Shown piece by piece: positions 61,453-64,000 of a DNA stretch of 64,000 nt; positions within the stretch are counted from its first letter, which is position 1; the number at the start of each line of letters is the position of its first letter. The notes beneath the pieces were generated by a model. The model did not search any database and had not been told where the DNA came from. It worked only from the letters and a program-made list of their open reading frames with translations. Origin of the DNA: Macrostomum lignano (lineage: Eukaryota); contig NIVC01000186.1 in NCBI GenBank assembly GCA_002269645.1, forward strand, positions 372,001 to 436,000, read 5' to 3'. A program made the position numbers and the translations under genes.

Positions 61453-63297
61453 ATGCCAATATTAGTCTTCGATTTGGTCTTAATTTACTTGTGTCTTTGT
61501 CATGGTAAGTATTAAGACGTGCTTTTGACAACATTAATTAATAAATAAATATAATAACCCGATCACTTTATTCCCTTATCAACAGTCGCTCAGTCAGCAA
61601 ATCAGCACTGCATTGACAAAGCGATTAGAAACATCAGTGTCAACATTTACGAATACAATCCTTATAAGGTGAGTGTGTATGGACCTTTGACAAAATGCAA
61701 TTGATTTTGCCCCAATCTAGGAATCTATAGGCAAGGTAAAGCTGATAATTAGGCTTCGAGGTATGACCTGAAGATGAGGCCGCATAACAAAAGATAAGAC
61801 CACGGTATCCTCGGGATTAGGCCATGTAAATCCTCAGGATTAGGCCATTTAAATCCTCAGGATTAGGCCATTTAAATCCTCAGGATTAGGCGTGGTGAAA
61901 CTGCAAAGAGATAAAAGCCGATGCTTGACTTAAGCAATCAGTCAGCTATCTAATTATCCCATCGCTCAGGTACTAACGTACATCCGCGACGCCAAAGGCT
62001 ATGCGAGAAACCTTCACTGTCGATGGGTGCTGCGCGCCAGCGATTATACCAACCCGCGTCAAATGCTACTAACAGTGGCAAATGTCGACTTTGACGAAAG
62101 CTCTGGCGGCGGTAACGGCACTCTCGGCCTCTGCAACACCGCTACCGGCTCCGCCGATGTGTTCAGCTTTGCCTTCTCTGGCCAGCTGACCAGCGGTTGG
62201 TTTTCTGCTATTTATGATTTTTAACCTTTCTAAATTACAATGTAAATGTTAGGAACCCGAAAGTTTCTATGCATGCAGTTTATTAGCTTTGTGCCGTACA
62301 AACTCTGGCCTTGCCACGCTCTAAATCTTATCTCTGCGTGTCTGCTTTTTTGTTTCCGTTTTCACTCGAAATTTTGCTTAATTAGAAGTGCAGAAAGTTT
62401 TCTGGTTGAAATTTTAAGTTTCTCGTTATAGCTCGTATAACCAGAGTTACCTGTGTAAGGAGTTACCTGTCTACAGAGTTACCTATGTAAGGAGTTACCT
62501 GTCTACATAGTTAACTGTCTACAGGGTTATCTGTCTACAGGGTTACCTGTCTACAGGGTTAACTGTCTACAGGGTTACCTGTCTACAGGGTTAACTGTCT
62601 ACAGGGTTAACTGTCTACAGGGTTAACTGTCTACAGGGTTATCTGTCTACAGGGTTACCTGTCTACAGGGTTACCTGTCTACAGGGTTAACTGTCTACAG
62701 GGTTATCTGTCTACAGGGTTACCTGTCTACAGGGTTACCTGTCTACAGGGTTAACTGTCTACAGGGTTATCTGTCTACAGGGTTACCTGTCTACAGGGTT
62801 ACCTGTCTTTATGGTTACTGTTACGCAAATATTAAATAAAAATATTCATAATTCGTCCGGCAGGTCAAGTATCGTCTCAGCGTTGGTGCTCAAACAGTGA
62901 CGCTGAACGGGCGCCAAAGCAGATGCTGGCAAATCTGTGGGACTCGTAAGCTGTGGCTTGTGTATATGTGATATAAATATTATGCGTTTATTACTGTTAT
63001 ATAGTGCTGCTACATATTATTAACCCACCCCCCCCCCCAACAGTTCAAACAAACTATCTGTGGAATTTCAATCCGACAACAGACAGAAGCGTCACAACGC
63101 TAAAGGTGTTCAATTAAATGTGCAGATTTTGTCCAGGGACTACTGCTACGTTGACATGCTGTACCACGAGAATTATTGCTATTTCATCACTAAAGGGTTG
63201 CTCACCTTTGACGAGGCGGCCAGAGCGGCCAGCTACATGCTGGGTAGCGTGACTGCGTTCCCGGATGCTGATGCGGCTTTGCGATTTGTTGATGCCA
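61453..63297 (+). CDS. Secreted or membrane CUB + C-type-lectin-like protein, 5' part (exons 61453-61504, 61586-61668, 61970-62195, 62864-62945, 63044-63297; continues downstream, probably past the window end)
   Basis: Signal peptide MPILVFDLVLIYLCLCHV; CUB motifs GYARNLHCRWVL and SNKLSVEFQSD...KG; CTL-like start C...YHENYCYFI...TFDEA; phases consistent. Confidence 0.72.
62445..62820. repeat. 16-bp minisatellite (ACAGGGTTACCTGTCT)
   Basis: Tandem copies within an intron. Confidence 0.95.
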
Positions 63298-63412
63298 GTG
63301 AGTCTCACAATTGGCCATTTGTCTGCTCTGCTAATCTGCTAACATTTAGTGAGGGGCTATCAGTTCGGATGTTGGGGTTGTTAATCAGTCAGGGGAATGT
63401 CAGTAGGATATA

Positions 63413-63605
63413 GTCAGTCAGTCAGTCAGTCAGTCATTCAGTCAGTCAGTCAGTCAGTCAGTCAGTCAGTCAGTCAGTCAGTCAGTCAGTCAGTCAGTCA
63501 GTCAGTCAGTCAGTCAGTCAGGCAGTCAGTCAGTCAGTCAGTCAGTCAGTCAGTCAGTCAGTCAGTCAGTAAGGATATGTCAGTCAGTCAGTCAGTCAGT
63601 CAGTC

Positions 63606-63637
<32 letters not shown>

Positions 63638-63645
63638 AGTCAGTA
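63413..63645. repeat. (CAGT)n microsatellite
   Basis: Tetranucleotide run within an intron. Confidence 0.96.
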
Positions 63646-64000
63646 GGATTTCTGTCAGTCAAAATTCTTATAGAACTGTTTTCAGCTAAATAATGAATTC
63701 AATCGCAAATACCATTATTATTTGAGTTGATAAAATATGCTTTGCTGGTATTCTTGTTTGACATCGAAAACTATCTGTCAGAGCAATAGTTTTTAAAACT
63801 ATAATATAGCTTTGTGTATGCCTGTGTGTTAATTCCCAGCTAGCTCAATAGCGCCTTTGTAAGTTTAGATTACTGTGCATATACAACAAATAGTACATCC
63901 GCATTCTGGATAGATAATTGAGAGCAAATTAGGCTTGTTAACTCCACAGTGTACTTATTATAACAAATAATAATACTATGTAGAATGATATTTTATTGAC

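Overview
Eukaryotic, intron-containing and very repeat-rich genomic DNA from an invertebrate. The style resembles the flatworm Macrostomum, but that is inference only. Most long ORFs in the six-frame track are tandem-repeat artefacts. Genes rebuilt by hand from GT-AG boundaries and phases: (1) probable 3' exons of an unknown gene with a coding 45-bp minisatellite (2831-3951); (2) a 4-exon WD40 gene (15314-19329); (3) a 21-exon secreted mosaic gene, signal-PAN-EGF-TSP1x2-SRCR-TSP1x11-CASPR-like fibrinogen-related domain (21999-41714); (4) a minus-strand NHA/SLC9B antiporter with a 1-nt frameshift (42606-45492); (5) MetAP1 with one in-frame TAA (58515-59907); (6) the 5' part of a secreted CUB + C-type-lectin-like gene (61453 onward). 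Mobile DNA: a TIR/TSD-bounded DNA element holding a decayed RTE LINE, an inverted diverged repeat pair, CORE-type SINEs, a decayed Gypsy pol fragment, and a full-length LOA/R1-like LINE (48934-54719, 12-bp TSD). Two observations stand out. First, a complete HDV-like self-cleaving ribozyme fold whose predicted cleavage site is exactly the first base of that LINE. Second, TA dinucleotides expanded to TACATGTA or TAGGCCTA, seen as indels between paired repeat copies, which resemble accumulated transposon-excision footprints. All coordinates, counts and folds were read by eye and are not computed.
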